63,024 nucleotides of DNA from Candidatus Omnitrophota bacterium (GCA_023247275.1 JAHFGT010000003.1:1-63024), one strand, 5' to 3'; positions 19,925-29,902 are shown, counted from the first letter of the stretch. Translations and numbers: made by a program. Notes: generated by a model not told the origin, from the sequence alone.

Positions 19925-20590
19925 ATGACGGATCGAACCCTCGTCATCGGATTTGCGATCTCCGCCAGCCTGCATCTGTCGGTGTTGGCCGCGCAGTGTT
20001 CTTCATTGAATTGGTTGCACTCGGTCCGACCGGCTTCGGCGCTCGAGGTCATTTACGAGTCCGAAGCGGCTGCGCACGAGCTGCGTCAACTCCAAGCACA
20101 GTTGGCTCGCGCCAAACGGGAAACGGTGTCCATGGCCTCACCCGTCGGTGGACCAGGAGGGCAGACTCGAATCCGAATTCCCGAACGACCGTCGCTACTG
20201 GGCGATACCGGACCATCCACCATCGGGCCGTCTGGCGCAGGAATCGTGGATCTGTCCAACCTGGTCGAGGCCGCAGCCGGCAATCCGATCTTGCTGAGCT
20301 ACTTCAGCATTCTCCGGGAACAGATCCAGCAAACAGCCAATCGGCGTGACTGGCTTGCCGGAAAGACGCTGGAAGGTGTGATCCATGTGTCGTTTCTCCT
20401 ACGATCGGATGGATCGGTGAGCCATATTGCGATCGTGCCGGACCGATCCGCCGCGGTCGACACACTACGAAGCGTGGCCCCGAAGATTGTGAAGACCTCG
20501 GCCCCGTTTCCAGCATTTCCTCCGTCGATGAAGGAACCAAACAAGACCGTCGTCGTCCCCTTGGAGTTTTTGCTCCAACCACCCTCGTGA
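19925..20590 (+). CDS. TonB C-terminal-domain family protein (N-terminal TM anchor)
   Basis: ATG 19925. TM segment LVIGFAISASLHLSVLAA. The C-terminal ..GVIHVSFLLRSDGSVSHIAIV..PFPAFP.. is TonB_C-like. Confidence 0.6.
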   Translation: MTDRTLVIGFAISASLHLSVLAAQCSSLNWLHSVRPASALEVIYESEAAAHELRQLQAQLARAKRETVSMASPVGGPGGQTRIRIPERPSLLGDTGPSTIGPSGAGIVDLSNLVEAAAGNPILLSYFSILREQIQQTANRRDWLAGKTLEGVIHVSFLLRSDGSVSHIAIVPDRSAAVDTLRSVAPKIVKTSAPFPAFPPSMKEPNKTVVVPLEFLLQPPS

Positions 20591-20599
20591 GACAGGGAA

Positions 20600-20628
20600 T
20601 TGACACCCAGCGGTTGCCCACTTATAAT
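20600..20628 (+). promoter_or_regulatory. Consensus sigma70-type promoter upstream of rpsU
   Basis: TTGACA-N17-TATAAT, perfect hexamers, 52 nt before the rpsU ATG. Confidence 0.6.
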
Positions 20629-20679
20629 GTGGTGCTCCTAGGTCACTGCCTGTAGCGAACGCGACCCGATAGGTCCTCC

Positions 20680-20862
20680 ATGCCACGTGTAGAAGTTCGA
20701 GACGACGAATCGCTCGAAAAAGCTCTTCGGCGCTTCAAGCGCATGCTGGAACGCGAAGGAATCCTCAAAGCGCTCAAGGCCAAAAAGCACTATGAAAAGC
20801 CCAGCGAGCGCAAGCGCCGTGAGCTGCGACAGGCCATTAGCCGTCGTGCCCGCGCTAGCTAG
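20680..20862 (+). CDS. rpsU: 30S ribosomal protein S21
   Basis: Starts MPRVEVRDDESLEKALRRFKR.. Confidence 0.93.
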   Translation: MPRVEVRDDESLEKALRRFKRMLEREGILKALKAKKHYEKPSERKRRELRQAISRRARAS

Positions 20863-20967
20863 TGCCGTTCCAACTCTTCGCGCCGAAACTCACCGAACGG
20901 TACAGCGAACAGTGCTATGGTTCTCCTCATGGGTACGAGTGGTCTGGTTAAATTGGAACGGCACTAG
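20859..20967. repeat. TAG-overlapping inverted repeat R1 (15-bp perfect arms, 79-nt loop)
   Basis: CTAGTGCCGTTCCAA at 20859-20873 pairs with TTGGAACGGCACTAG at 20953-20967. The left arm contains the rpsU TAG stop. A related copy lies at 26129. Confidence 0.6.
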
Positions 20968-21112
20968 AGCCCCATCCGAACGTTCGCCCTCCTCCTCGAC
21001 CACGAACGATGTCGGAGATCGGCCGCATGATGGCCGGTTCCCAGTTCTCCGACGTGGGGTGTCTCGTCTCCTCTTGGTGCTCGCCATCGTCACCGTAGAA
21101 CAAGGAAGCTCT

Positions 21113-23719
21113 ATGCCACATTCAGCGTCAGCGTCAACCACCACCCCACGCCAATCGGTCGGCCAGCTGTTGCTTGACAACGGTCTACAGGCCACGTGGG
21201 AAGAGGATCATCGACAGCCGCTGGTCGCCATCGAGGCCAGGATTCAAGGCGGACTACGAGGCGAGGGACGGGACGTCGGGACCGGGATCACCCATTTCAT
21301 TGAGCATATGTTGTTCAAAGGGACACCGACCCGACCGCCAGGATCTATCGATCAAGAGGTGCGGCGATACGGCGGCTCGATCAACGCGTTTACCTCCATG
21401 GATTCGACCGGCGTGTCGCTATTTGTCGAGTCGTCACACCTCAAGGATGGCCTCGCGTTGCTCGCGGATATTCTCCAACATGCCATCTTCGACCAGGCCG
21501 AATTTGACAAGGAACGCGCCGTGGTCCTCTCAGAAATAACGATGAATGAGGACGATCCTGAGCGGACCGTGCACCATCTCTTCTGGAATCGCCATTACCG
21601 GCAGCACTACTACAAACATCCGATCTTGGGCTATCCATCGCTGCTCAAGCAGTTGACGGTCAACGAGATGACCACATTCTACCGGTCACAGTACCAGCCA
21701 CAGAATATCACCGTCGCCTGCGTTGGTGACTTGGATCCTGCGGCAGTGGAGCGCACCATCCGCGACCTGTTTGGGCCTTGGGCGCGTGGAGTCACCGACC
21801 CGCAGCAGCTGTTGGTGCCTGAGGAGCCTCCGACGGTCGGCGCCCTCGAGGCGGTCGATGAGCGTCCGGTGCAGGCGGCCTATGTCATCATGGGATTTTC
21901 ATCGACCCGCCTGGCTGATCCTCAGACGTATCCGCTCGATGTGCTCGCCAACATTTTGGGGCAAGGCCGCAGCTCCCGGCTGTACGAGAGCTTGGTGCGG
22001 CGCCAACAGCTAGTAGAAAGCATTCGTGCATGGAATTACACGCCGCAGGATCGCGGCGTGTTCGGCATTCAGTTCCGCGCGCAGCCGGACAAGACAGCGG
22101 CGGCCAAGGCCGCGGTGCTCGAGATGATCCGAGACGTGCAGCAACATGGCATTACTGAAGCAGAGTTGCAGAAAGCCCAGCGGAGTATCAGCGCAGAGTT
22201 TCTCTTCAATCTGCAAACCATCGAAGGGCGGGCTGGCGACTTGGCCAACTCGCTCGCCAGCACCGGAGACCCGTTGTTCTCTCGTCAATATGTGGATCGG
22301 ATCCGGGCGGTGACCACCGAGCAAGTCCAACAGACCGCTCGGGCGTATTGTCAACCAGCGGTCATGACGACCGCGGTCGTTCGCCCGGGCTCGGCGCCAG
22401 CCGCCCCAACCGCCAAGACGATCGGGCAACCGGTGCAGATGACGCGCACCGTGTTGGGCAATGGGACGACCGCGATCATCGGCGTGGATCACACGCTGCC
22501 GATCGCTGCGGTCGTCGTCGCGTACCGGGGTGGGATCCGGGCCGAGACCGCGAATCAGCAGGGAGTGGCCAACCTCGTCGCCCAATTGCTCACAAAAGGC
22601 ACCGCCAAGCAGACCGCCTCGGACATCGCCCGCCGGGTCGAGTCGCTGGGCGGCAGCCTGGAACCGTTCAGCGGTCGGGATGGATCTGGTCTGGTGCTGC
22701 AATTGTTGGCCCAAGACTGGACCCACGGGGTCGATTTGGTCGATGAACTGGTGACCCAATCGACCTTTCCAGCCGATGAACTGGAGATTCAGCGCCAACT
22801 CATCCTGCAACAGTTGGCAGCGCAGGATGATGACATCTTCGATGTGGGCGGCCGATTACTTCGGTACGCGCTCTTCCCGCATCATCCGTATGGATTTAAC
22901 CCGCTCGGCACAATCGAGACCATCACGCGGATTCGGCGGGAGGACTGCGTGGCCTTCGCCCATCGGTGGATCGCGCCCTCCAACCTGGTGGTGGCGGTCT
23001 TTGGCGACGTGGATTCGGCCGCGGTACAGCAACGACTTGAGCGTTCTGTCGGAAAGATTCCGGCGCGCGCCACCGACTGGCCGGCCAGGCTGGCGGTAGA
23101 ACCGCTCGACACGGTCCGCACCGTCGTGCAGCCGATGCCGCGAGAGCAGGCGCTGATCATGCTGGGATTCCCCGGCAGCACCCACACCGCACCTGACCGG
23201 TATGCGCTGGACGTCACCACGGCTGTCCTGTCCGGCATGGCCGGACGACTGTTCCAGGCGGTGCGTGAGTCCCAGGGACTGTCCTACACCTTAGGAGCGG
23301 CCAACATCCCTGGCTGGGACCCAGGGTATGTGTTGGTGTATGCGGCCACCCGACCAGACGAGCAAGACCGTGTCCTCTCGGTCCTCGAAGAACAGTTACG
23401 CGCGGTCGCGACGACCGGATTCACTCCTGAAGAGATCGATCAGGCCAAGCGGTATCTCATCGGCACACATCGGATGGACATCCAGCACCTGGTGGGTCTG
23501 ACTCGACGATCCGCTATGGACGAGCTGTATGGGCTTCGCTATGACGCATGGACCCGGTACGAGTCGGTCATCAACAGTGTCACCATCGACCAGATCAACG
23601 AGGCCGCGCGCCGATACCTCACGTTGGAGCGACGCGCGCAGGTCGTGGTATCGCCGAACGGGGCGATCCGTCGACCGTCCACAGTGGATGCTCGACAGAC
23701 GACGAGTGTCTCGCCATGA
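21113..23719 (+). CDS. Tandem (two-unit) M16 family zinc peptidase
   Basis: ATG 21113 after SD AAGGAAG (alternative GTG 21059 gives a signal-like LLLVLAIV). HxxEH motif HFIEH. A second M16 repeat follows from about residue 450. Confidence 0.85.
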   Translation: MPHSASASTTTPRQSVGQLLLDNGLQATWEEDHRQPLVAIEARIQGGLRGEGRDVGTGITHFIEHMLFKGTPTRPPGSIDQEVRRYGGSINAFTSMDSTGVSLFVESSHLKDGLALLADILQHAIFDQAEFDKERAVVLSEITMNEDDPERTVHHLFWNRHYRQHYYKHPILGYPSLLKQLTVNEMTTFYRSQYQPQNITVACVGDLDPAAVERTIRDLFGPWARGVTDPQQLLVPEEPPTVGALEAVDERPVQAAYVIMGFSSTRLADPQTYPLDVLANILGQGRSSRLYESLVRRQQLVESIRAWNYTPQDRGVFGIQFRAQPDKTAAAKAAVLEMIRDVQQHGITEAELQKAQRSISAEFLFNLQTIEGRAGDLANSLASTGDPLFSRQYVDRIRAVTTEQVQQTARAYCQPAVMTTAVVRPGSAPAAPTAKTIGQPVQMTRTVLGNGTTAIIGVDHTLPIAAVVVAYRGGIRAETANQQGVANLVAQLLTKGTAKQTASDIARRVESLGGSLEPFSGRDGSGLVLQLLAQDWTHGVDLVDELVTQSTFPADELEIQRQLILQQLAAQDDDIFDVGGRLLRYALFPHHPYGFNPLGTIETITRIRREDCVAFAHRWIAPSNLVVAVFGDVDSAAVQQRLERSVGKIPARATDWPARLAVEPLDTVRTVVQPMPREQALIMLGFPGSTHTAPDRYALDVTTAVLSGMAGRLFQAVRESQGLSYTLGAANIPGWDPGYVLVYAATRPDEQDRVLSVLEEQLRAVATTGFTPEEIDQAKRYLIGTHRMDIQHLVGLTRRSAMDELYGLRYDAWTRYESVINSVTIDQINEAARRYLTLERRAQVVVSPNGAIRRPSTVDARQTTSVSP

Positions 23720-23783
23720 CCAGCCTGATTCAGCAACCGGGTCTGCTGGCGTGATCAGCTCCTAACCGAGAGGACCTCTCCGT

Positions 23784-24185
23784 ATGGATGAACCGACGAA
23801 CAAGCGTGTCGATGAATCATGGAAGCAACAAGCTGAGCGCGAAAAGCAGACCGGGAATCCCGCAGCGCCCAAGGAACCGTCAGCCGCTGCGTCGTCGCCC
23901 GGACCCGGCGCCGCTGAATCTGGAGCGCCAGAAGTCCGGTTCGATCTCTTTATCTCCGGCCTGGCGATGGAAGCCTTGATGGCGCTCGGTGATGTGGCGC
24001 ATCCCACCACCCGCAAACAGACCACCAACCTGCCACAGGCACGGTACCTGATTGATCTACTGGGTGTCTTGGAACAAAAGACGACGGGCAACTTGTCAGC
24101 GGATGAACAGCGCCTGCTCAAGGATGCGTTGTATCAGCTACGCATGCGATACCTCACCAAGTCCGGAGCTGCCGTCTCAACCTAA
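23784..24185 (+). CDS. DUF1844-like protein
   Basis: ..FDLFISGLAMEALMALG..ARYLIDLLGVLEQKTTGNL..LRMRY matches my memory of the DUF1844 pattern. Confidence 0.65.
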   Translation: MDEPTNKRVDESWKQQAEREKQTGNPAAPKEPSAAASSPGPGAAESGAPEVRFDLFISGLAMEALMALGDVAHPTTRKQTTNLPQARYLIDLLGVLEQKTTGNLSADEQRLLKDALYQLRMRYLTKSGAAVST

Positions 24186-25387
24186 TGGTGATGATCCCTA
24201 TCGTCACGAGCTTGGTGGTGTCGCTGGCCATCATCGCACTGGCCGCGCGATGGCTGCAGAGCCAGTTTCCCACAGTGGCTCGAGCCGCCCTCAAAGAGAT
24301 CAGCGAGGATTTCCTCACGCTAGCGCGCGGCCAGTTCAACGTCGACCGGGAGAAAGGGGTCGGCGAACTGGAACATCGCCGCCAAGCCATCGACCAGATG
24401 CTCAAGGGGCTTGAGGCGCAGTTGCAGCGGTACGAGCAGCTGGTGAAAGGATTTGAATCGGACCGAGACCAGAAATACGGACAGCTCCATGCCGAGCTCC
24501 AGCAGGTCGCCAAAGAAACCGGCCAGTTACACCAAGCGACTTCGAACCTGATCGCGGTGCTCGGCAACTCCCGGGTGCGGGGACAGTGGGGCCAACGGAT
24601 GGCGCGCGACATTCTGCAATTCTGCGGGTTGCAGGAGAATCTCCAGTATTGTTGCGAGACCGCCACCGAGGCGGGTCGGCCGGACTACACCTTTTTCCTC
24701 CCGGATCAGCATCGACTCTTCATGGACGTCAAATTTCCGCTCGATCATTACCTCAAGTATGCGGCCAGCACACGGGACGAAGAGCAGCGGACGCACCAAG
24801 AGGCGTTTATCCGGGATGTTCGAGAGCACCTGCGTGAGATGGAACGTCGCAACTACGCGCAGGTAGACGGCTCGGTGGACTACATCATTATTTTTATCCC
24901 CAACGAACAGGTGTATGGGCTCGTGAACGAATGGATGCCGTACCTGATTGATGAGTGCTTGCAGAAGAAAACCATCCTCTGCGGACCCTGGAGCCTGTAC
25001 GCGGTAGTACGAATTATCGCCCAGGCGTGGCAGCATTACCATTACACGGTGGCGATCCGCGATATCGTGCGGTCCATTAACGGCTTTTTGCAGGACTATC
25101 GGCTGTTTCGTGATCGGTTCACTGAAGTTGGAGCGTTGATCGAAAAGCTCGATAAGAAATACCAGGAAGTCTGTGTGACCAGCCACCAACGCTTGGAGAA
25201 TCGAATCCGCCGGATCGAAGAGTACCGCAAAGGCCAGCAGATCCCCGAGGAACCGACTGGCCTCTGGAGCTCCACGGACAACCCCGTGGAGCGGAACCCT
25301 GAGCGAGGACCTACGGATAAAGCCGTGGCCCGAGCCGAAGGGTTGGGCGCTGAGTCGCCCGCATTGCCAACAGCAGCCGGCTCATAG
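24185..25387 (+). CDS. rmuC: DNA recombination protein RmuC
   Basis: N-terminal TM, then coiled coil, then ..RPDYTFFLPDQHRLFMDVKFPL.. and ..IIFIPNEQVY.. Confidence 0.85.
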   Translation: MVMIPIVTSLVVSLAIIALAARWLQSQFPTVARAALKEISEDFLTLARGQFNVDREKGVGELEHRRQAIDQMLKGLEAQLQRYEQLVKGFESDRDQKYGQLHAELQQVAKETGQLHQATSNLIAVLGNSRVRGQWGQRMARDILQFCGLQENLQYCCETATEAGRPDYTFFLPDQHRLFMDVKFPLDHYLKYAASTRDEEQRTHQEAFIRDVREHLREMERRNYAQVDGSVDYIIIFIPNEQVYGLVNEWMPYLIDECLQKKTILCGPWSLYAVVRIIAQAWQHYHYTVAIRDIVRSINGFLQDYRLFRDRFTEVGALIEKLDKKYQEVCVTSHQRLENRIRRIEEYRKGQQIPEEPTGLWSSTDNPVERNPERGPTDKAVARAEGLGAESPALPTAAGS

Positions 25388-25408
25388 AGGAACAGCGTGA
25401 GGGCACCC

Positions 25409-25612
25409 ATGATCGATGACGAGCTCTTGGCGATTCTCCGATGCCCGATCTGCAAGACAGCGGTCAGCCTGCAGCAGGATCGTCTGATCTGCGGCCAGTG
25501 CGGGCGCCGGTACCCCATCCGCGAGGGCATTCCAGTGATGCTGCCCGAGGAAGCGACCCCACCAGGGGCAAGGTCAACGATGGAGACAAACCCAACAGGA
25601 GCGGGTACATGA
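25409..25612 (+). CDS. Trm112/UPF0434 family zinc-ribbon protein
   Basis: Starts MIDDELLAILRCPICKTAVS..LICGQCGRRYPIREGIPVMLPEEA. Confidence 0.8.
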   Translation: MIDDELLAILRCPICKTAVSLQQDRLICGQCGRRYPIREGIPVMLPEEATPPGARSTMETNPTGAGT

Positions 25613-26130
25613 ATATTTTGGTGATCCACGGTCCCAACCTGCAGTTGCTCGGCAGTCGCCAACCGGCATTGTATGGCACCGCTGATTTGGCCTCGATCAA
25701 CCGAGAGCTGCACCGGCTGGCGGCCTCCCACCAGGTGATGTTAACGATTGTTCAATCGAATCACGAAGGCGAAATGATCAGCCGAATCGGCGCGGCCCGC
25801 GGACGATGCGACGGTCTGCTGATCAATCCGGCCGGCTATACGCACACCAGCGTCGCACTCCGCGATGCCATCGAGGCCGCTGGAATCGCTGCGGTGGAAG
25901 TCCATCTCTCCAACATCTATGCCCGCGAGCCGTTTCGCCACCAGTCGCTCACCGCCGGCGTCTGCCGCGGCCAAATTTGCGGATTCGGAGCGGCGAGCTA
26001 CCGGCTCGGATTGGAAGCCCTCATTGGGGTGCTGACCGCCAGTCAGACCGCTCAGCGCCCACACCAACCCACCCCCTCCCGGCGCCCAGCACGGGCAGGC
26101 TCGACATCGGCGTCGCGGCGCCGTCGCTAG
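25609..26130 (+). CDS. aroQ: 3-dehydroquinate dehydratase type II (about 25-aa basic C-terminal tail)
   Basis: ATGA overlap with the upstream gene. Contains MNILVIHGPNLQLLGSRQPALYG.., ..QSNHEGE.. and ..NPAGYTHTSVALRDA.. Confidence 0.92.
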   Translation: MNILVIHGPNLQLLGSRQPALYGTADLASINRELHRLAASHQVMLTIVQSNHEGEMISRIGAARGRCDGLLINPAGYTHTSVALRDAIEAAGIAAVEVHLSNIYAREPFRHQSLTAGVCRGQICGFGAASYRLGLEALIGVLTASQTAQRPHQPTPSRRPARAGSTSASRRRR

Positions 26131-26233
26131 TACCGTTCCAACTTGATGCACCTCACGATCCGTTTGGGCAACGGCCAACCGCTCCCACTGAACCGCCCAG
26201 TTGATACGTGGCGTAAATAGTTGGAACGGGACT
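26129..26233. repeat. TAG-overlapping inverted repeat R2 (15-bp arms, 1 mismatch, 75-nt loop)
   Basis: AGTACCGTTCCAACT at 26129-26143 pairs with AGTTGGAACGGGACT at 26219-26233. The left flank GCTAGT(A)CCGTTCCAACT matches R1 at 19 of 20 positions. Confidence 0.5.
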
Positions 26234-26268
26234 CGCACGCAAGGGTGCGTCAGCCATTCCTCGGTCAG

Positions 26269-26298
26269 TTGACCGCACCCTGTGATCAACAGTACAAT
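26269..26298 (+). promoter_or_regulatory. Putative promoter of efp
   Basis: TTGACC-N18-TACAAT, 14 nt upstream of the efp ATG region (SD TAGGAG). Confidence 0.4.
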
Positions 26299-26311
26299 AG
26301 GAGTTTCCACC

Positions 26312-26869
26312 ATGATTTCAACAACCGATTTTCGAAGTGGGGAAACCCTTGTGATGGACGGGCAACTGTGGTCCATCGTGGAGTTCCAGCATGTCAAACC
26401 CGGCAAGGGGGGGGCGTTTGTTCGCACCAAGCTGCGCCGCCTCCGAGATGGCTCGGTCATTGAACGGACGTTTCGGGCCGGCGAAAAATTTCAGGAAGCG
26501 TTCATTGAAAAACGGACGTTGCAATATCTCTACCGCACCGCAGAGACGTACCACCTCATGGACACCAAGTCGTACGAGGAAGTGCAAGTGCCGGCTGATG
26601 TCCTCGGAACAGGGGCAGGGTTCCTAAAGGAAAACATGGAGCTGGAGGGACAGTTTCATGATGGACAGCTCATTGGAATCCAGCCCCCCATGTTCGTCGA
26701 GGTCCATATCGAATCGACCGAGCCTGGGGTTCGGGGAGATACCTCCAAGGGTGGGATGAAACCGGCTAAGTTGGAAACCGGCGCCACGATCCAGGTGCCG
26801 CTGTTTGTTGAGCCGGGGGATGTGATTCGTGTCGACACTCGAACCGGGTCCTACGTCTCCCGCGCCTAG
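26312..26869 (+). CDS. efp: Elongation factor P
   Basis: ATG 26312 gives MISTTDFRSGETLVMDGQLWSIVEFQHVKPGKGGAFVRTKLR.. Confidence 0.95.
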   Translation: MISTTDFRSGETLVMDGQLWSIVEFQHVKPGKGGAFVRTKLRRLRDGSVIERTFRAGEKFQEAFIEKRTLQYLYRTAETYHLMDTKSYEEVQVPADVLGTGAGFLKENMELEGQFHDGQLIGIQPPMFVEVHIESTEPGVRGDTSKGGMKPAKLETGATIQVPLFVEPGDVIRVDTRTGSYVSRA

Positions 26870-26943
26870 CGGTCGATGGGAGACCGCCGGTTGCATGCAC
26901 ACCGGCGTCGAAGCGTAGCGGACAGGCCAACAACGAGGCGACC

Positions 26944-27417
26944 GTGGATAAGCGCAAACCTTCGGAGCGGGAAGCCGTTCAGCTCATTGAAGAGATGCTC
27001 GCCCTCATGGAAGCTCGCGGTCTTGCCGAGCTGGAAATCGAACAAGAGGGGATCAAGATCCGGCTGAAGAAAGCGGTGCCGGTCGTTTCGTCCCAGCCGG
27101 TGGAATACGTGGCCGGCGTCTCGCACTCGTTGCCGGCGCCAACCGCGACCAGCCATGTGGTGGCGGATGACCGTCACCGCGTCGTCATCAAATCCCCGAT
27201 GGTCGGAACGTTCTATCGCGCGCCAGCGCCTGACGCCCCACCCTTTGTCGAGGTCGGCCAAGACCTTGAGGTGGGCCAGGTCGTCTGCATCATCGAAGCG
27301 ATGAAGTTGATGAACGAGATTAAAACCGAGACGACCGGCCGGATCGTGGAGATCCTGGTGGAGAATGGCGCGCCGGTGGAGTTCGGCCAACCACTGTTTG
27401 CGGTAGAACCGCCGTAG
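26944..27417 (+). CDS. accB: Biotin carboxyl carrier protein of acetyl-CoA carboxylase
   Basis: GTG start. Biotinylation motif ..CIIEAMKLMNEI.. Confidence 0.9.
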   Translation: MDKRKPSEREAVQLIEEMLALMEARGLAELEIEQEGIKIRLKKAVPVVSSQPVEYVAGVSHSLPAPTATSHVVADDRHRVVIKSPMVGTFYRAPAPDAPPFVEVGQDLEVGQVVCIIEAMKLMNEIKTETTGRIVEILVENGAPVEFGQPLFAVEPP

Positions 27418-27470
27418 TGACCGCATCGGGGGCGTGACGCCGGTCGTGCGTTCCCCAGGATCCCTGCCAG

Positions 27471-28826
27471 ATGTTCTCGAAGATCCTCATTGCGAACCGC
27501 GGCGAAATCGCCGTGCGCGTGATCCGGGCCTGCAAAGAGATGGGGATCCGGACCGTCGCTATTTATTCGGAAGCCGATCGAAATAGCCTGCACGTCCGGC
27601 TGGCCGATGAAGCGATCTGCGTCGGTGGCCCAAAGGCCGAGCAGAGCTACCTGCATATCCCCGCCATTGTCAGCGCCGCAGAAATCACCGATGTCGACGG
27701 AATCCACCCGGGCTACGGGTTTCTATCCCAGAACGCCCACTTTGCCGAGATCTGCGAGTCGTGCAATATCACCTTTCTCGGACCCTCGGCCCAATCCATC
27801 CGGCTCATGGGGGATAAGATCGCCGCGAAAGACCTCATGCGGAAAACCGGGATCCCGATCATCCCTGGCAGCATGGCTGCGGTCCGGAATAAGGAGGACG
27901 CCTTAAACACGGCGCGCCGAATCGGCTATCCGGTGATGGTCAAGGCGGCCGCGGGCGGCGGCGGACGCGGCATGCGGGTCTGCCATAATGATGTCCGACT
28001 GATTAGTGCCTTAATGACCTGCCAGGCCGAGGCCGAAGCCAGCTTTGGCAACAGCGAGGTGTTCGTCGAGAAGTACCTGCAAGAACCGCGCCACATTGAA
28101 TTTCAGATCCTCGCGGACAAGCAGGGCCATATCATCCATTTGGGGGAACGCGACTGCACGATTCAGCGCCGCCACCAAAAGCTGGTCGAAGAGGCCCCCT
28201 CGCCGGTGGTCGACGCCAAACTTCGGCGGAAGATGGGCGAGCTGGCTGTGCGGGCCGCAAAAGCCGCAGGCTACACCTCAACCGGCACCGTGGAATTTCT
28301 GCTCGATAAGGACGGTGGATTTTATTTCATCGAGATGAACACCCGGATCCAGGTTGAGCACCCGGTCACCGAAATGGTCACAGGGATTGACCTGATCAAG
28401 GAACAGATCCGGGTAGCCGCTGGTGAATCGTTGGGAATCAAACAAGACGAGGTGACGATGGAGGGCTGGGCCATCGAATGCCGGATCAACGCCGAGGATC
28501 CGGCGAATCGATTCGCGCCCTCGCCAGGGAAAATCACGTTTTATCATGAGCCAGGCGGCCGCGGGGTCCGCGTCGACTCCCACGTGTTCACCGGCTACGA
28601 TGTGCCACCGTATTATGATTCGTTGTTGGCCAAACTGATCACCACCGGCTCGACTCGGCAAGAAGCGATCCGCACGATGCAGCGGGCGCTTGAAGAGTAT
28701 TTCATCGAGCCCATCAAGACCACCATCCCGCTACACAAGCAGATCTTCAGCGACCCGACGTTTTGGCGCGGCCACATCGCCACCGACTACATCGATCGAC
28801 AGTTGCAACTTGGGGAATCGGAATAA
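27471..28826 (+). CDS. accC: Biotin carboxylase
   Basis: Starts [21 protein letters not shown].. Contains ..GGGGRGMRV.. and ..[14 protein letters not shown].. Confidence 0.95.
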   Translation: MFSKILIANRGEIAVRVIRACKEMGIRTVAIYSEADRNSLHVRLADEAICVGGPKAEQSYLHIPAIVSAAEITDVDGIHPGYGFLSQNAHFAEICESCNITFLGPSAQSIRLMGDKIAAKDLMRKTGIPIIPGSMAAVRNKEDALNTARRIGYPVMVKAAAGGGGRGMRVCHNDVRLISALMTCQAEAEASFGNSEVFVEKYLQEPRHIEFQILADKQGHIIHLGERDCTIQRRHQKLVEEAPSPVVDAKLRRKMGELAVRAAKAAGYTSTGTVEFLLDKDGGFYFIEMNTRIQVEHPVTEMVTGIDLIKEQIRVAAGESLGIKQDEVTMEGWAIECRINAEDPANRFAPSPGKITFYHEPGGRGVRVDSHVFTGYDVPPYYDSLLAKLITTGSTRQEAIRTMQRALEEYFIEPIKTTIPLHKQIFSDPTFWRGHIATDYIDRQLQLGESE

Positions 28827-28854
28827 TGTCACCACTCGACCACAGAGGAGCCGT

Positions 28855-29892
28855 ATGACCACGGTACGTCAATTGGGGGTGTTAACCGGGGGTGGCGACT
28901 GTCCTGGACTCAACCCGGTGATCCGGGCGGTGACCCGTCGGGCGATTCTTGCTGGCGTGACAGTCGTCGGGATCTGCAACGGCTGGAAAGGGCTGCTGGA
29001 GGCGGAGACAACTCCGTTGGATCTGCAGGCGGTGTCTGGGATTCTTCCCAAAGGCGGGACGATTCTGGGGACTTCTCGGACGAACCCGTACAAACACCCG
29101 GAAGATCGCGTTCGGCTGTTGGAGAATATCAAACGGCTGCAGCTCGATGCGCTCATCGCGATCGGCGGCGAAGATACACTCGGGGTCGCCACCAAGCTGG
29201 CACAGGAAGGGGTGCATGTCGTCGGCGTCCCGAAGACGATCGACAATGATCTGTCCGCCACCGATTTTACATTCGGATTCGACACCGCGGTCAATATCGC
29301 TACCGAGGCGATCGACCGGCTCCATACCACCGCTGAAAGCCATCATCGGATCATGGTGGCCGAAGTGATGGGGCGGCATGCCGGGTGGATCGCCACCGCC
29401 GCGGGAATCGCCGGCGGAGCGGATGTGATTTTGATCCCTGAGCAGCCGGTGGACCTTGAGGAGGTCTGTGATTTGATCCGTCAGCGATACGCTCGCGGCA
29501 AGGACTTCAGCATCGTCGTGGTCGCTGAAGGCGCCCAGATGAAGAAAGACGCTGAGGTGACCACCGCCGAGGAGCTCGATGAGTTCGGCCATATGCGACT
29601 TGGCGGTATTGGCCATCTGTTGGGAAAACTGATCGAACAACGGACAGGGTATGAGACGCGCGTGACAGTCCTTGGTCATCTCCAACGGGGTGGCAGTCCG
29701 ACCGCGTTCGATCGGATCCTCGGCACGCGGTTTGGCGTACGGGCGGTCGAGCTGGTGCTCGAAGGCCGGTTCGGCCAGATGGTGAGCCTCCAGGGCAATC
29801 ACATCGTGTCGGTGCCGATCGAGCAGGGCACAGGCACACTGAAAACGTTGGATATGGAGCTGTACCGCATTGCCAAGATGTTCTTTGGATGA
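28855..29892 (+). CDS. pfk: 6-phosphofructokinase, probably PPi-dependent (Asp/Lys specificity signature)
   Basis: ATG 28855. Contains GVLTGGGDCPGLN, IGGEDTLG (Asp at the E. coli G104 position) and VPKTIDND (Lys at the G124 position). Confidence 0.88.
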   Translation: MTTVRQLGVLTGGGDCPGLNPVIRAVTRRAILAGVTVVGICNGWKGLLEAETTPLDLQAVSGILPKGGTILGTSRTNPYKHPEDRVRLLENIKRLQLDALIAIGGEDTLGVATKLAQEGVHVVGVPKTIDNDLSATDFTFGFDTAVNIATEAIDRLHTTAESHHRIMVAEVMGRHAGWIATAAGIAGGADVILIPEQPVDLEEVCDLIRQRYARGKDFSIVVVAEGAQMKKDAEVTTAEELDEFGHMRLGGIGHLLGKLIEQRTGYETRVTVLGHLQRGGSPTAFDRILGTRFGVRAVELVLEGRFGQMVSLQGNHIVSVPIEQGTGTLKTLDMELYRIAKMFFG

Positions 29893-29902
29893 GGATGGAT
29901 CG

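Noticed and set aside
20629-20679. CCTCC immediately before the rpsU ATG as an anti-SD mimic or autoregulatory site.
   Set aside because: It is a single instance. An AGG 6-7 nt upstream can serve as a weak SD. No complementary partner was found.
20792-21112. N-terminal 107-codon extension of the M16 peptidase ORF, overlapping rpsU.
   Set aside because: It overlaps the S21 gene and the R1 repeat. Peptidase homology starts after ATG 21113, which has a good SD.
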